Below the pieces are notes generated by a model, which was given only the letters and a program-made list of their open reading frames with translations, was not told where the DNA came from and did no database searches. A program made the translations under genes and the position numbers. 64,000 nucleotides of DNA from assembly GCF_009914755.1 (NCBI RefSeq), contig NC_060931.1. One strand, written 5' to 3'. Numbering within the stretch: the stretch's first letter is position 1; the number at the start of each line of letters is the position of its first letter. This DNA comes from the human T2T-CHM13v2.0 reference genome, Homo sapiens. Positions 60,939-64,000 of this stretch are shown here, one piece after another.

Positions 60939-61392
60939 CAGGGGTTCCCAACCCCCAGGCGACGGACTGGTACTGGTCTGTGGCCTGTTAGGAATCAAGC
61001 CACACAGCAGGTGAGTGGCCGGCCAGCGAGCATGACAGCCTGAGCTCGACCTCCTGCCAGATCAGTGGTGGCATTAGATTCTTACAGAGGCGCAAACCTG
61101 TGAGCTGCGCATGCGAGGGATCTAGGTTGTGTGATCCTTATGAGAATCTAATGCTTGATGATCTGTCACCTTCTCCCATCACCCCAAGATGGAACCGTCT
61201 AGTTGTAGGAAAACAAGTTCAGGGTTCCCACTGATTCTACGTTACGGTGAGTACGTAATAATAATAGAAATAAAGTACACAATGAATGCGTAATGCTTTT
61301 TAATCATCCTGGAACCATTCGCACTGCAGGTCTGTGGAAAAATTATCTTCCATGAAACCGGTCACTGGTGCCAAAAAGGTTAAGGACCACTG
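60939..61392 (+). mobile_element. MER1A-type hAT-Charlie element nested in the Tigger
   Basis: caggggttcccaaccccc start, ggaccactg end; perfect 8-bp TSD ccctagtg. Confidence 0.9.
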
Positions 61393-62050
61393 CCCTAGTG
61401 GATGCCTGAAACAGCGGATAACTCTATATATGTTTTTTTTTCTATACATACATATGATAAAGTTTAATTTAAAAAATTAGGCACAGTAAGAGATTAACAG
61501 CAAAACAAATAATAAAATAGAACAATGATAACAAATACTCTAATGAGTTATGTGAATGTGGTTTCTCTCTCTCTCTCTCTCAAAATATCTTATTGTCCTA
61601 TATACACACCCCTTTTCCACTTGTGATGATGTGAAATGATACAATGCCTATGTGATGAGATAAAGTATGCAGGCATTGTGATGTGGCATTAGGCTCCCAT
61701 TGACCTTCTGTGTCCCTGAATCTGCGGTAAATGGTGTGTTGTCACTTGTTTCAAGAGATCCCTTACTGAAATTTTCCTGTAGGCTCAGTGTTTTCTGGTG
61801 AAATGCATTGCCATCAGTAGGAACGTGTTTCTGTTCATATCTTCTACCCACAAATTTAAAGCCTTTTGCATCTTAACAAAGCACTTATTACACACCATCA
61901 CTGTAACTTTTGCAGTTAGAGGTGTGACAGCAAAACTAGCATGAATTTCTTTTGCCTTCTTCACAATTTTGTGGATGGAAGAGTCATTATTACAGTAGAT
62001 CTTCGCAACCTCAGCATATAATTCTTTTCTTCCCTTGTTAAGTTGAGGAC

Positions 62051-62365
62051 TTTTATCTTTTCCCCTTTTTTTCTGAGATGGAGTTTTGTGCTCGTCACCC
62101 AGGCTGGAGTGCAGTTTCGTGGTCGGCTCAATGCAACCTCCGCCCTCCTGGGTTCAAGCAATTCTCCCGCCTCAGCCTCCTGAGTAGCTGGGATTACAGG
62201 TGCCCGCCACCACGCCGGGCTAATTTTTTTTTTTTTTGTATTTTTAGTAGAGAGGGGCTTTCACCATATTGGCCAGGGTGGTCTCGAACTCCTGACCTCA
62301 GGTGATCTACCCGCCTCGGCCTCCCAAAGTGCTGGGATTACAGGTGTGAGCCACCGTGCCCAGCT
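62051..62365 (-). mobile_element. AluSx/Sq-type nested in the Tigger transposase
   Basis: Antisense Alu dimer. Confidence 0.92.
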
Positions 62366-63202
62366 AACGTTTTCTATTAAAGGAAGCACTTTATGGCTTC
62401 TTTTTGAGAAGCCATCTGAACTGGCTGCATCTGAATTATCTGAATTGCCAGCATCACCACTCTCATGCTTTGGGGCCATTGATAAGTAAAATAGGGGCTA
62501 CTTAAACACAAGCACTGCAGTACTGATTTTCAGGCAGTGGATCTGATATCTGAGCCGCTCCTAAGTGACTAAGGGGCCTGTAGGATCTACAGCGTGGATA
62601 CGCTGCACAAAGGGAGGACTCACTTCCTGTGCCGGGTGGAGGGGACCGTGCCAGATTCCATCACACTACCCAGAATGGCGTACCATTTAAAACTTGTGAA
62701 TTGCTTATTTCTGGCATTTTCCATTTAATATTATGGAACTGAGGTTGACTGCAGGAAACTGAAACCGTGGAAAATGAAACCTCAGATAAGGGGGGACTAC
62801 GGTGGTCTTCCCGTGGTGCCAGCAAAATGAGTCAAAGCAGTGAGGCTGGGGGTTTGGGGTGGTCATGCTGCCTCTCTTATCCATTACAGGCCCCTTCTCC
62901 TGCCACGCTTGCAGGCTCCCGGGTCAGTGGGCAGCTCTCTGTCCCCTGCTTCAACCTGTCCTCCACCAAGGTGCCAGAAATATCTGAATAAGACCAAGAT
63001 CAAATCTTCATGGATGAATCTTCACTATCTCACATCTCCTTAAGGAGTCAGTTCCTTAGAATGGCATAAAAGTCCCTCAAGGATACAGCCCCTCCCTGCC
63101 CTTCCCACCGCGTCTTGCTCTGCTCCTGGCCACGGAGCCTGTACTCTCCCATGTCCTCATAAGACCCCATTTCTCAAGATCACTTGCATATGCTTCTGGT
63201 GA

Positions 63203-63592
<390 letters not shown>

Positions 63593-63687
63593 TGTGAGAC
63601 TTTTTCTAACCACTTTACTCCATTAAATGGAGCTTTTTCTATATTGTGCTGTATCCTTCACTAGATCACACACCTTCTAAGACACAT

Positions 63688-64000
63688 CTTTTTTTTTTTT
63701 TAATTATACTTTATGTTCTTGGATACATGTGCAGAATGGGCAGGTTTGTTACATAGGTATACATATGCCATGGTGGTTTGCCACACCCATCAACCCATCA
63801 TCTACATTAGGTATTTCTTCTAATGCTTTCCCTCCTCTTGCCCCCCACCCCCCAGTAGGCCCCGGTGTGTGATGTTCCCCTCCCTGTGTCCATATGTTCT
63901 CATTGTTCCACTCCCACTTATGAGTGAGAACATGTGGTGTTTGGTTTTCTGTTAGTTTGCTGAGAATGATGGTTTCCAGCTTCATCCATGTCCCTGCAAA
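63688..64000 (-). mobile_element. L1PA (L1PA6-8-type) 3' end, continues past the window
   Basis: polyT, attatacttta..tacatgtgcagaa..cccacttatgagtgagaacatg; - strand MKLETIILSKL. Confidence 0.93.

Larger units (their letters stand above)
60891..62801 (-). mobile_element. Tigger7/MER44-type DNA transposon, internally deleted, with transposase N-terminal remnant
   Basis: TIRs gagtaattcccctctatcc / gataaggggggactacg; - strand [37 protein letters not shown]. Confidence 0.85.

Overview
Primate, almost certainly human, genomic DNA that is intergenic or intronic and dominated by transposon relics. These include about 21 Alus (S and Y), several L1 and L2 fragments, MIRs, MaLR/ERV1/ERVL LTRs, one internally deleted two-LTR MER61-type provirus, a decayed ERVL internal region and Tigger/hAT DNA transposons. 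I cannot support any intact protein-coding gene: the listed ORFs are mostly Alu-, L1-, LTR- or microsatellite-derived. Signals not explained by known repeat types: (1) a highly diverged ~111-bp tandem array of at least 14 units running off the left edge; (2) a CpG-rich, RFX X-box-bearing promoter/first-exon candidate at ~48.5-49.4 kb, followed on the + strand by a motif-dense enhancer candidate, an ~800-bp GTGAATG/TG tract and a well-formed 93-nt exon candidate; (3) several local rearrangements (inversion inside an MLT2A LTR, ~58-bp Alu target duplication, chimeric Alu, ~185-bp dispersed duplication, twin-primed L1). Repeat subfamily names come from recall of consensus sequences, not from a search; boundaries of old elements are approximate.
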